Assembly (NCBI RefSeq): GCF_004010195.1 | Contig: NC_057750.1 | Location: forward strand, 10,690,047 to 10,754,046 | Source of the DNA: Chiloscyllium plagiosum | Lineage: Eukaryota | DNA: 64,000 nt | Direction: 5' to 3' | Shown: positions 12,430 to 24,064 of the stretch, piece after piece | Layout: every line of letters begins with the position of its first letter | How positions within the stretch are numbered: position 1 is the stretch's first letter | Translations under genes and position numbers: made by a program | Notes under the pieces: generated by a model | Seen by the model: the letters and a program-made list of their open reading frames with translations, nothing else | Told to the model about the DNA's origin: nothing | Databases searched by the model: none

Positions 12430-14160
12430 TGCAGGAGTAGACTAGTCAGCCCATCGAGTCTGCTTCAGCATTCAACACAATCATGGTTGATCTCTGGCTT
12501 CAACTCCATTTTCCCTACCTCCTCCTGCTCCCAACGGTCCTCCGTTCCCTTGGAGACCAAACACCTGTCTATCCCAGCCTTAAATATTCCCTGACAGAGC
12601 ATTCACAACCTTTTGGAGTAAAGATAGCAAAAGATTAACCACCTCTCCTGCAAAGGAATTGCTCCAAGCCTCAGGCCTAAATGATCAGCTCCTTATCCTG
12701 ACTCTGCTCCTACACCCACACCAAGATCTAGATTCCCCAACCAGGACAAATTACAGAGCCCCTTCAGAATCTTGAATGTTTCAATGAAATCAAATCTCAG
12801 TCTTCTAAATGTCAGAGAATGTAAATCCAGCCTCTCATCACAGGACAACATATTCATCCCAGGGGCAAATCTAATGATACCACCTCCAGTCCAAGTATAT
12901 CTTTTATACAAGAAAATCAAAATTACACGCAGTTACTGTATTCCAGCTGTGGTCTCAGAAAGCCCTGTACAATTGTCACAACATTTCTTGATTCTTGTAT
13001 TCAGTCCCTTTGCAATGAAAGATGACATGCTATTTGCTTTCCTCACTACTTGCTGTAGCTGCAAGCTAATACAAGGGGGCACACAAGTCTCTCTCGATAT
13101 CAACATTTACAAATTTCACACCTCTTGTTTAAACAAAAATCTACTTCCCTATTTTCATGTCCAAAGTGAATAAACTCACACTTATATTCCATCTACTATC
13201 TTGTTGCTCACTCATTTAGCCAGTCGACATCTTTGCAGCCTCTTTCTGTTCTCTTCGTAGTTTAAATTCTCAAGCTTTGTATCATCAGCAAATTTCCTGT
13301 GCCTTTAAATCATAAATGTAGATTGCAAATGGCTGGACTCTAACACTGATCCTTGTGGCACTCCACTAGGCACAGTCTGCCAACTTGAAAATGCCCCATT
13401 TATCTCTTTTCTCTGCTTCCTGTTGTTTCGCCATCTCTCTCTATGCTAATAATATCATCCCCAACTTCATGATCACTTATCTTGTGTATTAAGTTTTTGT
13501 GTGACACCTTATCAAATCCAAATATTCCACATCTACTGATTCCCCTTAATTGACCTTATTAATTGCACACTTAAAATAAGTCTATCAAGCTAGGTTTCCC
13601 TTTTGTAAAAACGAACTGACTTCTTCCAATCATCGCATACTTTCTTTGTTGAGTTCCTAAATTATGGATTCCTGTGTTTTCCGAATGACTGATAGCAGAC
13701 TAACTCACCCCGCTGTTCCCCGTTTTCTCTCTTCAGCAATGTTGAATTTGCTATCTTCCAGTCGTCTGGGACCATTCCAGAATCTAGGGAATTTTGGAAC
13801 ATCTTAGCCAACACATCCACTATCTCTAAAGTTATCTCTTTTAGATCTCTCGGATGTAGGTCCCCAGGGGATTTGTCAGATTTTAGTCCCTTGGGTTTAT
13901 CTAGTGCCATGTGTAACTTAACAATAAGTAACTCTTATTAGCCCCAACCACCTTCTAAAAGTGGATTTCAGGTAACATATAACAGTTGAGTTGTACTGTG
14001 AAAATACCTCCAAAATACTTGATTTGGAGATGCCGGAGTTGAACTGGGGTATACAAAGTTGAAAATCACACAACACCAGGTTATAGTCCAACAGGTTTAT
14101 TTGGAAGCACTTGCTCAATATTTCTGCAATTTCCTCATTCCCCATTATAACTTTTCCTTT
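12430..14160 (-). mobile_element. Old CR1 LINE fragment (RT to 3' end, internally deleted)
   Basis: KSDKSPGDLHPRDLKE...FQNSLDSGMVPDDWKIAN; a Penelope family B fragment is inserted at ~14015-14110. Confidence 0.8.
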
Positions 14161-15059
14161 TAACTTATCCGTAGATTCAGATAGTGATTTCAAATTTTGT
14201 TTTGTTTTAACTACAAGTGGCGGATCTTAATTTCTGATGCAATGTTACCGTTAAACTCTTAGTCCTCTCCTGTCCCACTCAATTTGTTTTTATCCCTACA
14301 TTGTCATAAAATTCTATTGCCTCAACTTTTATTATGGGAATTGAGGTCTCCAGCTGAACCTTCCATTACTTTAAAGTCATTTTCCCTCCACTCTGAACTT
14401 ATTTACTGATACATTCCTGGTTATAGTCTCATCCTGTCACACTTGGGTTACCATAACATGTATCATTACACTGCATTATCTTTTCCCTCTTTCCCCTCTA
14501 CCCACACCACAGTTCTTTACTTTAAAGCCTTCTCTGCTGCCCTAGTTATAGATATTTTACCAATTAACCTACTGCAGCAGTTGGGACATGAACCATGATC
14601 TCCTGGTTCAGAAAAAGGGACACGACTATTACACTACAAGAATTCCCACTATCCTAGTGATATGGGAACTGGTCCCAATATGGTTCAGGTGAAAGCCACC
14701 TGAACATTACAATTCCTTCTTTCTCCGGGACAGGCGCTAATGCCTCCTCCATTGAAATCAACTTCTCCCACACTATTCTTAGAGCCATGTTTTCATTCTC
14801 ACCTCTCTCCATAGTTCCATAAAGTTCACACCCCAGTTACAGGACCCTGAGTGGTTTTAGTCCAGTTAACAAGTCAGAAGGTCAAGGATTCAAGATACAC
14901 TCCCGAGTTCTCTATGCTCCACATCTTTGCTCAATTGACATCATCACTTGACGAGGCAAGAGGAAGCCAGGCCTGGACTGAGCTCCATGTGGATTCACCA
15001 GGTGTACTGTACATCAACAAGATTAAAGGTCACTTAGAGAGCAAATTGGGGAGCTGGGT

Positions 15060-16170
15060 TTGGGGATTGAGGAATATGGTGAGGTGAGTTGAAATGGATT
15101 GAGGGATATGGTCAGGTGTGTTGGAGGCGATTGAGGGATATTGTGAGGTGTGTTGGAGAGGATTGAGAGATATGGTAGTGTGCTGAAGGAGAGAGAGGAT
15201 ATGGCGAGGTGAGTAGAGGGGATAGAGAATACAGCAAAGTGAGTTGGAGGGAACTGAAGGATATGGTGAGATGGGTTGGAGGGAATTGAGGATATGGCGA
15301 GGTGAGTTACAGGGGATTGAGGATATGGTGAGATGACTTGGAGGGGATTGAGGGATATGGTGAGTGGAGGGGATTGAGGATATGGTGAGGTGAGTTGGAG
15401 GGGTTTGTGAATATGGTGAGATGAGTTGGAAGGGATTGAGAGATATGGTGAGATNNNNNNNNNNNNNNNNNNNNNNNNNNNNNNNNNNNNNNNNNNNNNN
15501 NNNNNNNNNNNNNNNNNNNNNNNNNNNNNNNNNNNNNNNNNNNNNNNNNNNNNNNNNNNNNNNNNNNNNNNNNNNNNNNNNNNNNNNNNNNNNNNNNNNN
15601 NNNNNNNNNNNNNNNNNNNNNNNNNNNNNNNNNNNNNNNNNNNNNNNNNNNNNNNNNNNNNNNNNNNNNNNNNNNNNNNNNNNNNNNNNNNNNNNNNNNN
15701 NNNNNNNNNNNNNNNNNNNNNNNNNNNNNNNNNNNNNNNNNNNNNNNNNNNNNNNNNNNNNNNNNNNNNNNNNNNNNNNNNNNNNNNNNNNNNNNNNNNN
15801 NNNNNNNNNNNNNNNNNNNNNNNNNNNNNNNNNNNNNNNNNNNNNNNNNNNNNNNNTAGGAGGGGATGGAGGATATGATGAAGTGAGTTGGAGGAGATTG
15901 AGGGATATGGTGAATTGTGTTGGAGGAGATAGAGGATACGGTGAGTGGAGGGGATTGAGGATATAGTGAGATGATTTGGAGGGGATTGAAGGATATGGTG
16001 AGGTGAGTTGGAGGGGATTGCGAGATATGGCATGGTGAGTTGGAGTGGATAGAGGATATGGTGAGATGAGTGGGAGGGGATTGAGTATATGATGAGATGA
16101 CCTGAAGGGAATTGAGGATATGGCAAGGTGAATTGGAGGGGATTGAGGATATGGTGGCGTGAGTTGGAGG
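15060..16170 (+). repeat. G/A-rich minisatellite, ~31-33 nt unit (GAGGATATGGTGAGGTGAGTTGGAGGGGATT-like), spanning an N gap at 15455-15856
   Basis: Degenerate tandem units visible on both sides of the gap. Confidence 0.95.
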
Positions 16171-16697
16171 CCAATAGCTAGGTGATTTGGATGGAATGGG
16201 GAATATAGTGGGTTGTGTTTAGGGTTAATGTCTGACAAAGCAGAGCTCATTAACTACATATATGAGGGGCAGTGTGTGTGTGAGCTCCTGTTTTGTGTGA
16301 CCAGCTAGAAACATTTTTGGCTGTAGCAGCTTGGAGAAATCGTCCCCACCCTCCAAATGGGTGAGATTCAGATTTCAATCCATTCAGTGTCGTACAATGC
16401 TGCAATCCATCGGCAGTCCCAGACTCGTTTCATTGCTTTTTCTAGTGTCTGAATCACCCACACTCCCTTCCACCAGTACAAACCCGCTGAACTCCCGACT
16501 ATTCACTGAACTATGGTCCAACTTTGAGATCTACAAGCCCAATGATTCACCCTGGGGTGGTACCAGACAGAGATATGGATGGGGCGTGCAGAGGGGATTG
16601 GGATAGTGGAGTGGTGTGAGATGAGGGTAGTTTTCCCTGAGATCTGGGCCAGTCCCCCTCTCTCCTACAAGCAGTCAGACAGTTTTGACGTCAAGTT

Positions 16698-16725
<28 letters not shown>
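16698..16725. repeat. (GA)n microsatellite
   Basis: Uninterrupted AG dinucleotide run. Confidence 0.95.
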
Positions 16726-16728
<3 letters not shown>

Positions 16729-17034
16729 CAGTGAACAGTCTGAGCTCACTGTGAGAAAGTGAAGTGGACTTGAGCCAGGGAGCAATCATTAATCCTGCCC
16801 AAGGAGGAGACCATGGAGGCGAATCAACTCTCCCTGGAATTCTGAAAATCTTTTTGATTATAAACAAAGCTGTGGTTGCCCGACCTTTATAGATTTTTTG
16901 GAAAGAATTTGTGTCACGTTAGTGAAACAACATGTTTCTTCTGGATTGGTTGAGAGCTGAAAGCAATGGAAAGGAATCTGGATTGGACATGGCTTCAGCA
17001 ATGCCTCTGAGTGTGGATGAGGACAGAGCTCACA

Positions 17035-17450
17035 CTGCTGTCGTGCTGTTGGCAGCTTCCCCTCTGAGTCACAAAGTTCCCAGGTCAGGTCTCACTCCAG
17101 GCTGCTGCCCTAGTGGTGGACTGAGAGAGTTCTGCACTGTCAAAGAGGTTCACTGTCAGGAGAGGCATTAAAAAAAGGTCCTTGCTGCCTACTCAGTTGG
17201 ACTCAACAGAATGCCAGCGCTATTTGGACGAACAGCGGGCGTGTTCTCCCTGGGTCTTGGCTAACAGTTAACCCTCAACCAATAGAAACAGATTGTCTGA
17301 TCCTTATCACTTTGCTGTGTGTGGGAGCTTGCTGTGCACATATTGGATATCAAATTTCCCCCATTAAAACAACAACTGCATTTCAATAGGACCTCATTGG
17401 CTACAAATCACTTGGTAGTTATGGAAAGTGCTATACAAATGCAAGTCTCT
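17035..17450 (+). mobile_element. DeuSINE-like SINE, near full length
   Basis: Head cctctgagtca, Deu-like central region, and L2-type tail gaaagtgctatacaaatgcaagt. Confidence 0.7.
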
Positions 17451-18049
17451 CTTTAAAAAGAAGCCTGCCTCCAATAACTGTTGACTCCTTTGTTAAGAGT
17501 TATCCACATCCATGTGGGTCTGGAGTCAGACTGGGCAAGGGCAGCAAATTTCCTTCCCTTAAGGATAATAACTAACTTTCTCTGAGAATTTGCTGGATAG
17601 AAATGATTTCAAACATACATCAAACTCTGGTTAGTGAACACTTGCAGGACTGGGACAGTTTGAGTATTCATTTAACAATAAAATTTGAGGCACTGGCCAA
17701 TGTGCAAAGCAGCTTTAGTAGAATGATACAGGAACTGAGAGATTTAGGAAAGGGTGCACTAGCTAACCTCACTAAGTGAGGTTCTTATTTCTCAAAAAGA
17801 GAAATCTTGAAAGGTAACCTGTTAGAGATCTTTGAGTTTTTTTTGTGGTTCAGTAGGATCAATGTAGAGAAGATGTTCCTACCTACAATATGACGTCAGA
17901 ACTGGGGATCACTAATAAATCTAATTGGGAGTTCAGAGGGAAACATCTTTGCCCAGGGAGTGGGTAGAATTTGGAATGTAATATTAGGGGTAGTTGAGGT
18001 GAATAGCATGGATGAACGTAAGAGGAAGTGAGATTCCTGAGGAAGAAGA

Positions 18050-18465
18050 GAATATTGCTACAATAAAATGCAATGTCAAAGCTTTTCATCTTGCACGAGT
18101 ATGTAAGGAGCTGAATTTCGAAGAAGAATCTTAATTCATACAGCATGAGAAAGAGGATGCTACTGATTGGACCATGGTTGGCATGAAGATGCAGCAGGAA
18201 CTGTTTACTGTCAATCTTTGCTGACTGACCTCAGAGCAAGCAGGTAGATTCTGATCGGTCAAGGCGTGTCCATAAGGAATATAGCCAGGCTTGGGATCCA
18301 TGCCAACCATGATCCAACCAATCCAGCAGACTCTTCATATGCTATAAATTTGTGTTCCAAATTTGGTTTCTTGCCACTCAGTCCTGATACAAGTAAGATG
18401 AAAAGCTTTGATGCTGTGTTTCTTTTGGGTAATGTATAAGTTCTGTACCAACAAGCAACTGTTTA
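18050..18465. mobile_element. Old palindromic Penelope-like remnant (family D)
   Basis: Inverted termini tcaaagcttttcatcttgcac / gtaagatgaaaagctttga with a decayed CTGA...GAAAAGCTT core; a similar remnant lies at ~8160-8350. Confidence 0.5.
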
Positions 18466-18944
18466 TGTACCTGAGAAAGAGAGGAATATAAGGGTATATG
18501 ACATTGAGAAGGTCAGAGGAGATGCAAGTGTAACATTAATAAGAACATGGAGTTGTTAGGCTGCAGGGTCTGTTTCTGGTCTGTAAAAGCTTTGCAATCT
18601 AAGTTTGGCCAGATCTCATCCAGAGTAATGCATTTGATTTTGGATTCTATGCTCACTTCCCACTCCATAATGTTCCACCCATCTGCGGCCACCTATCATC
18701 TTGGCTGCTCATATGGAGTAAGGTTCCTAGGCATCTTTTGGACCAGGAAATGGGGAACATAGGATGCCAGTAACAAGTTTCTTCTGACAATGCCTATCTA
18801 TCAAACAATAGGCTCTGAGTTGTCATAGTGAGTATGGTCTTTGCTGAACAGGTCAAGTAAGGGCCCCTGTGTAGCCAACCTCCCAGTACAAACAGTACAG
18901 TCGCAAGTACGTTGCAAATTAACTGCCAGGGGCCCTTACTTGGT

Positions 18945-19116
18945 TGTAGGTACAGTTACAGCATTTAAAAGACATTTAGATAAGTACATGAATAGGAAAA
19001 GTTTGCAGGGGTATTGGCCAAACCTAGGCAAGTGGCTCTAGTTTAGTTTGGGAACATGGTTGGGGTGGACGAGTTGGACCGCAGGGTCTCTTTCCATGCT
19101 GTATGACTCTATGACT
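18945..19116 (+). mobile_element. CR1/HER1 3' UTR fragment
   Basis: Ends in tatgactctatgact, as do other CR1 copies here. Confidence 0.85.
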
Positions 19117-19345
19117 ATCCCCTTGACAAAGACAGTCATGTCAGGGTAATGTCAATGAGCTAGTAATCCCTAAGACTGGGCTAATGTTCTGGGGACACGG
19201 ATTCAAATCCCACCACAGCAGATGGTGAAATTTTAATTCAACAATAAATCTAGAGTTTAAAGCTAGTCTAATGGTAACCATTATTGATTGTTATTAAATA
19301 AAAAAACCATTTGGTTCACTAATGCTCTTTAAGGAAGGAAATCCG

Positions 19346-19407
19346 CTAATGGATATGACACTGGCCTCCTAAGCCAGGGATTGTGGATTTGAGTCCCATC
19401 TGGGGTG
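19346..19407 (+). pseudogene. 5'-truncated tRNA-Arg(CCT) pseudogene
   Basis: ctaatggatatgacactggcctCCTaagccagggattgtggatttgagtcccatctggggtg: anticodon stem ctggc/gccag with CCT at 19368-19370. The 5' acceptor strand is missing, the T-loop is mutated and there is no CCA. Confidence 0.9.
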
Positions 19408-19420
19408 AAAATTTACTTTT

Positions 19421-19725
19421 GGGGCGGCACGGTGGCTCAGTGGTTAGCACTGCTGCCTCACAGCACCAGGGTCCCAGGTTCGATTCCAGCCTTGGGTGAC
19501 TGTCTGTGTGGAACTTGCACATTCTCCCCATGTCTGCGTAGGTTTCCTCCGGGTGCTCCGGTTTCCTCCCACAGTCCAAAGATGTGCAGGTCAGGTGAAT
19601 TGGCCATGCTAAATTGCCCATAGTGATAGGTGCATTAGTCAGAGGGAAGTGGGTCTGGGTGAGTTATTCTTTGGAGAGTCTGGGTGGGCCGAAGGGCCTG
19701 TTTCCACACTGTAGGGAATCTAATC
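19421..19725 (+). mobile_element. HE1 SINE, full length
   Basis: ggggcggcacggtggctcagtggttagc head with A and B boxes, V-domain-like core, and tail ccacactgtagggaatctaatc. Confidence 0.92.
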
Positions 19726-21844
19726 TTAACCTGGTCTGGCCTGCATGTAACTACAGGTCCACAGCAATTTGGTTGACTCTGAAATGACTAACAGCATCAA
19801 TTAGTTCAAGAACAATTAAGGAACAAAATGTTAGTCTTCCCAGCAATGCCCACATCCAAGTGCTAGAATTAAAAACAGACTACATGGCAGACCAATCACC
19901 TTAAACTTAGCAAAACAAGCTCAGCTTCTGGATATTAGTCCAGTGATCCTCAGAAACGTGCAACATTGTTTCTGTCACTTCACACATGCAAAGGAGTTTG
20001 TACTGAGGCCCTGGGTATAGGCGATGCTAGAGGTTGAATACACAGAGGCATTGGTTTGGCCCTATTTAGCAAGGACTGCGCTCACTGCGATATCGGCATC
20101 ATGGTGGTTACCATTGGCCAGGAATTGAACTAGACCAGCCATTTAAACATATGAGAAAATGAGAAGTGCAGATGCTAGAGAGTCAGAGTCAAAAAGGGTG
20201 GCGCTGGAAAAGCAAAGCAGGTCAGGCAGTACTTGTCTACAGGAGCAGTTCAGAAGCTAGGAATTGTCAATTGTCAGGAAAAGCCCATCTGGTTCATTAA
20301 TATCCTTAGGGAAAGGAAACTACCATCCTTACCTGGTCTTGCTTTCATGTAATTCCAGACTCATAACAATTTGGTTGACTCTTAACTGCCCTCTGGGCAA
20401 TAAACGCAGGTCTAGTCAGCATTGCCCACATTCCATGAATGAATTAATTTTTTTAATTCACCAGACATTAAAGGGTTAAATGATGAGCAGGCTGTATCGA
20501 CTCTCCCTTGGGTACAGAAAACTAAGGGATGATCTAATTAAGATGTTGACAATGATTTAAGGATGGGATAGATAGGAGAGAAACTATTTCCTCTGGTAGG
20601 AGAACAAGGCAGGATAATCTTACAATTCAAGCCAGGCCTTCAGAGGTGATGTCAAGAAACATTTCCTCACAGAAAAAAAAAGGCTGTGGAGGCTGGAGGT
20701 CACTGAACATTACAAAACAGAGATTGATAAATTTTTCATTCAGACTCTAACAAAAGCAAGCTGGGCAACAGAGTTGCAACAGTGATGAGTCACAATCTGA
20801 TTAAATGGCAGTATATGCTTGAAGGGCTGAATGGTCTCTTGCCTGCTCCTAGCTTCCCATTAATTAAATTACTCGCAATGTTTGCACCTCAATAGATTGG
20901 AGGAAGCTCTGAAGAGATTCTAGAGACCAGAGATTCAATTTTGTGTCTCCAGTGGGTTAAATTATTTCTTCTGGGAGTCAGAGAGTTGGTTAGTCACATC
21001 CATTGACCCCAGTTAGAGAGGTGAATGAGGGGTAACAGCCATGCTTCTTGCTTCTGAGAGTTATCCAAGTGTGAAGATGTTGAGAAGCAAATTGAGATAT
21101 CACTCTCATGCCTGCTATAGTGGAGTGTCCTGGCCAATTTCAATATCCCAAGACTCAATGAGGTTTGGATTGAAGAAGTTCCCAACTTGTGGTGATGCAC
21201 CATTGAGTCTCACTAGAGAACAAAGGGAACTCATTCGGTTTGTATTGTCATTCCAAATTTACTTTGTATATTGTTGGAGAGAGATAAATTGGTAGCGTTT
21301 CACTAATTCACTGGTTAGTCCTGTCTGCCATGGATTTGCGAACATTATTATTATCTGTTGTGGGTTCAATCCTATTCTTGAAGTTTGAGGTGAACTCTCC
21401 CAGTGCCTTACTGAGGGAATACGGCAGTGCCATCAGTGCTGTTTTATGAATGAGAGATTAAACCAAGACCACATCTACCAATGCTCAGATGCATGCATCT
21501 GAACCTGATGCAGCATCCAATGAAGAACCGTGATCCATCAACTGACATCTATCTGCTTGTGCGATCTTGCTGTGTGTAAATTGGCTATTGTGATTTCTTA
21601 CACTATGACAGAGACCTCACTTCAAAAGTAAATTGACATAAATTGACTCGGTATGGTGATTTCGTGGATTTGATTGGTCTACAGAGAGCCAGCATAGACT
21701 TGATGGGCCAAATGGCTTTTTCCTGCTCCATAGTGCCTCCACTTCCCTGTGAAAGGTACTAAAGCATACAGCAGAGAGAATCTGTTGGCCTTGAACTGTC
21801 GAGTACAACAATGTACACAGCAGCCCAGCAGACAGTCCGTGTGA

Positions 21845-21990
21845 GGCAGGAAGTGGCTGGAGGTTCCGGAACATTCCCTAATAAGCTCGGTCTCAGGAAG
21901 TCAGGAGAAGTTCGGAAGTGAGTGCAATGGGAAAGGGAGACAGCAGCGATGGAATTGTGGGTTGGTGGGGGCGGGGGTGGGGGGTGATGG
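21845..21990 (+). promoter_or_regulatory. Cluster of ETS-like motifs with a splice donor and G-rich tract; possible promoter/first exon
   Basis: CAGGAAGTG 21847, TTCCGGAA 21864, CAGGAAGT 21894, CGGAAGTG 21913, GTGAGT 21918-21923, then a GGGGCGGGGG box. Confidence 0.3.
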
Positions 21991-22224
21991 TGGAGGTCTG
22001 GTTTTGTGGTTGTGTTTTTGAGGTGGTTGTGTTGAGCTGCCTTTCACTGATTGTCATACTGCACCTGCACTTCAAAGGCAATCTTGGAAAAAAGCTTTCA
22101 TTTGTTAGCTGTTCTCAGGAGAGATCAAAGGCCAGCATCGTTCGCACAAACAAACCTGCTTCCCATGTGAGGGGAAGACCTCAGCATTTACCTCCAGACA
22201 CAAGCAAATCTTTAACATTTGTAC

Positions 22225-22700
22225 ACATATCCCTCACTCACTATCTCTATACAGGGCCCTCACTCACTGTCCCTGTACATGACCCTCACTCACTGTCTCT
22301 GCACACGGTCCTCACTCTCTGTCTCTATACAGGGCATTCATTGTCTCTGTATAAGCCCCTCACTCACTGTCCCTGTACACGACCCTCACTCACTGTTTTC
22401 TATACAGGGCCTTCACTCACTTTTTCTGTACATGACCCTCACTGTCTGTCTCTATACAGGGTCCTCACTCACTTTCTCTGTGTACAGCCCTCACTCACTG
22501 TCTCTGTACACGGCCCTCACTCTCTGTCTCCACATATGAGCCTCATTCTCTGTCTCTGTACAGGGCCCTAACTCACTGTCTGTGTACACTATTCTCACTC
22601 ACTGCCTCTGTATACGACCCACCCTCACTGTCTCTATATTTGACCCTCATTCACTGTCTCTATATAAGGCCCTCACTCACTGTCTCTCTGTAGGACCCGT
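22225..22700 (+). repeat. Minisatellite, ~26 nt unit CCCTCACTCACTGTCTCTGTACACGG-like
   Basis: About 18 degenerate tandem copies visible. Confidence 0.95.
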
Positions 22701-23019
22701 TTCACCGTAGCACACAAAAACATGACATAAATGTGAAGTGTACATGCTTGTGAGTAAACAGCCATTGGCTTTATTGAAAATGACTCCACACTGAGTACAC
22801 TGAGAGAGGACATCTCACCTGGAGCCTTTACGACCCTTGGCTCCCACTCCATGTTATCTAATGCCATTCAGATACAGCTGCTTTTGCAAAAGCTCAGCAG
22901 TAAAGGTACAATTCTCTTCACATCTTGCCCAGGTTCTTTAACAATGACCATTTTTACCATGACGTCTATCTCTGTTTACTCCATTTCCACCTTCCTGCAC
23001 CCTTCTCCTCACCACAGGT

Positions 23020-23096
23020 CATGACAAGGGAGTCGCGGAGGGAGTGGTCTCTACGGAAAGCTGATAGAGGAGGGGAGGGAAATATATCCTTGGTGG
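23020..23096 (-). mobile_element. Penelope-like ORF fragment (RT-EN linker)
   Basis: DIFPSPPLSAFRRDHSLRDSLV resembles the conserved Penelope-like element (PLE) linker motif. Confidence 0.65.
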
Positions 23097-23475
23097 TCAT
23101 AGAGTCAAACAGCATGGAAACAGATCCTTCCGTCCAACTCATCCAGGATGACCAAGTTTCACAAACTAAGCAAGTCCCATTTGCCTGCATTTGTCACACA
23201 TTCCTCTAAACCTTCCTATTCATGTACCTATCCAAATGTCTTTTAAATGTTGTAACTGTACCTACATCTACCATTTCCTCAGGCAACTCATTCAACAAAC
23301 ACATCACCCTTTGTCTGAAAAAGTTGTCCCTCAACTCTCTTTTAAATCTTTCCTCTCTCACCTTAACCCTATGCTTTCTAGTTTAGGACACTCCCACCCT
23401 GGGGAAAAGAACTTGGCTATTCACTCCATCTATGCCTCTCATGATTTTATAAACCTCTATAAGGTCACGCCTCAG
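23097..23475 (-). mobile_element. CR1/HER1 3' end
   Basis: Begins tcatagagtc; co-linear with the 5087 and 27406 copies. Confidence 0.88.
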
Positions 23476-24064
23476 TCTCTTTCATTGAGCGATTAATCTC
23501 TTGCCATTCCCTCAACTCCCCTGAAGATCATCCAGCGTCCTCTGGAGGTTGGACAGATCACCCCTGGAGTTTGGACAGGGTATACAAGTTCACTGATTCT
23601 TGGGAGATGGTCTCACTGGTGAATTTGGATGGCAGCTCCTGGTGATGGCTCACTCTTTGGCATCAGCACTTATAAAGACTTGAATGTATAGTTAGTAAAG
23701 GTGTCATATTCCCAAGGACCTGCTCTATTATTAGAGAGTGAGAGAGAGGACTGGTGGTGTGTTTAATCTGAGGGACAACATGCCTCAGGTAAGGGAAGAG
23801 GTTGAGAAGGAGAGTCCTTCATGGTAACCTCAGTCCATGCAGGAACTGAATCCAAACGGTTGGCACCACTCTGCATTACAACCAGCTGTCCAGCCAACTG
23901 AACTAACTGATTTAAAGATCAATCAAGGGAAAAAAACTAATTCAAAAGGGAACAACAAATGCTGGAGATCACAACGGGTCAGACAGCATCCATTACAGCG
24001 TTTCAAAGCTCTGATGAAGGCTCATCAAGATTCAAAACATTAGCTTGTTCTCTCTCCATGGATG

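Larger units (their letters stand above)
19140..19875 (+). mobile_element. tRNA-derived SINE (second family), split by the tRNA-HE1 insertion at 19346-19725
   Basis: B-box-like ggattcaaatccc; the body is co-linear with the uninterrupted copy at ~20270-20455. Confidence 0.75.

Noticed and set aside
16219..16227. TTAGGG telomeric seed
   Set aside because: Only a single unit, as expected by chance.
15023..16250. Long 383-406 aa ORFs
   Set aside because: Artefacts of a minisatellite and an N gap.
16726..16754. RSS heptamers CACAGTG/CACTGTG suggesting a D segment
   Set aside because: Wrong orientation for a D segment, and no nonamers at 12/23 spacing.
19421..19500. HE1 heads as functional tRNA genes
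   Set aside because: They are tRNA-derived SINE promoters continuous with SINE bodies.
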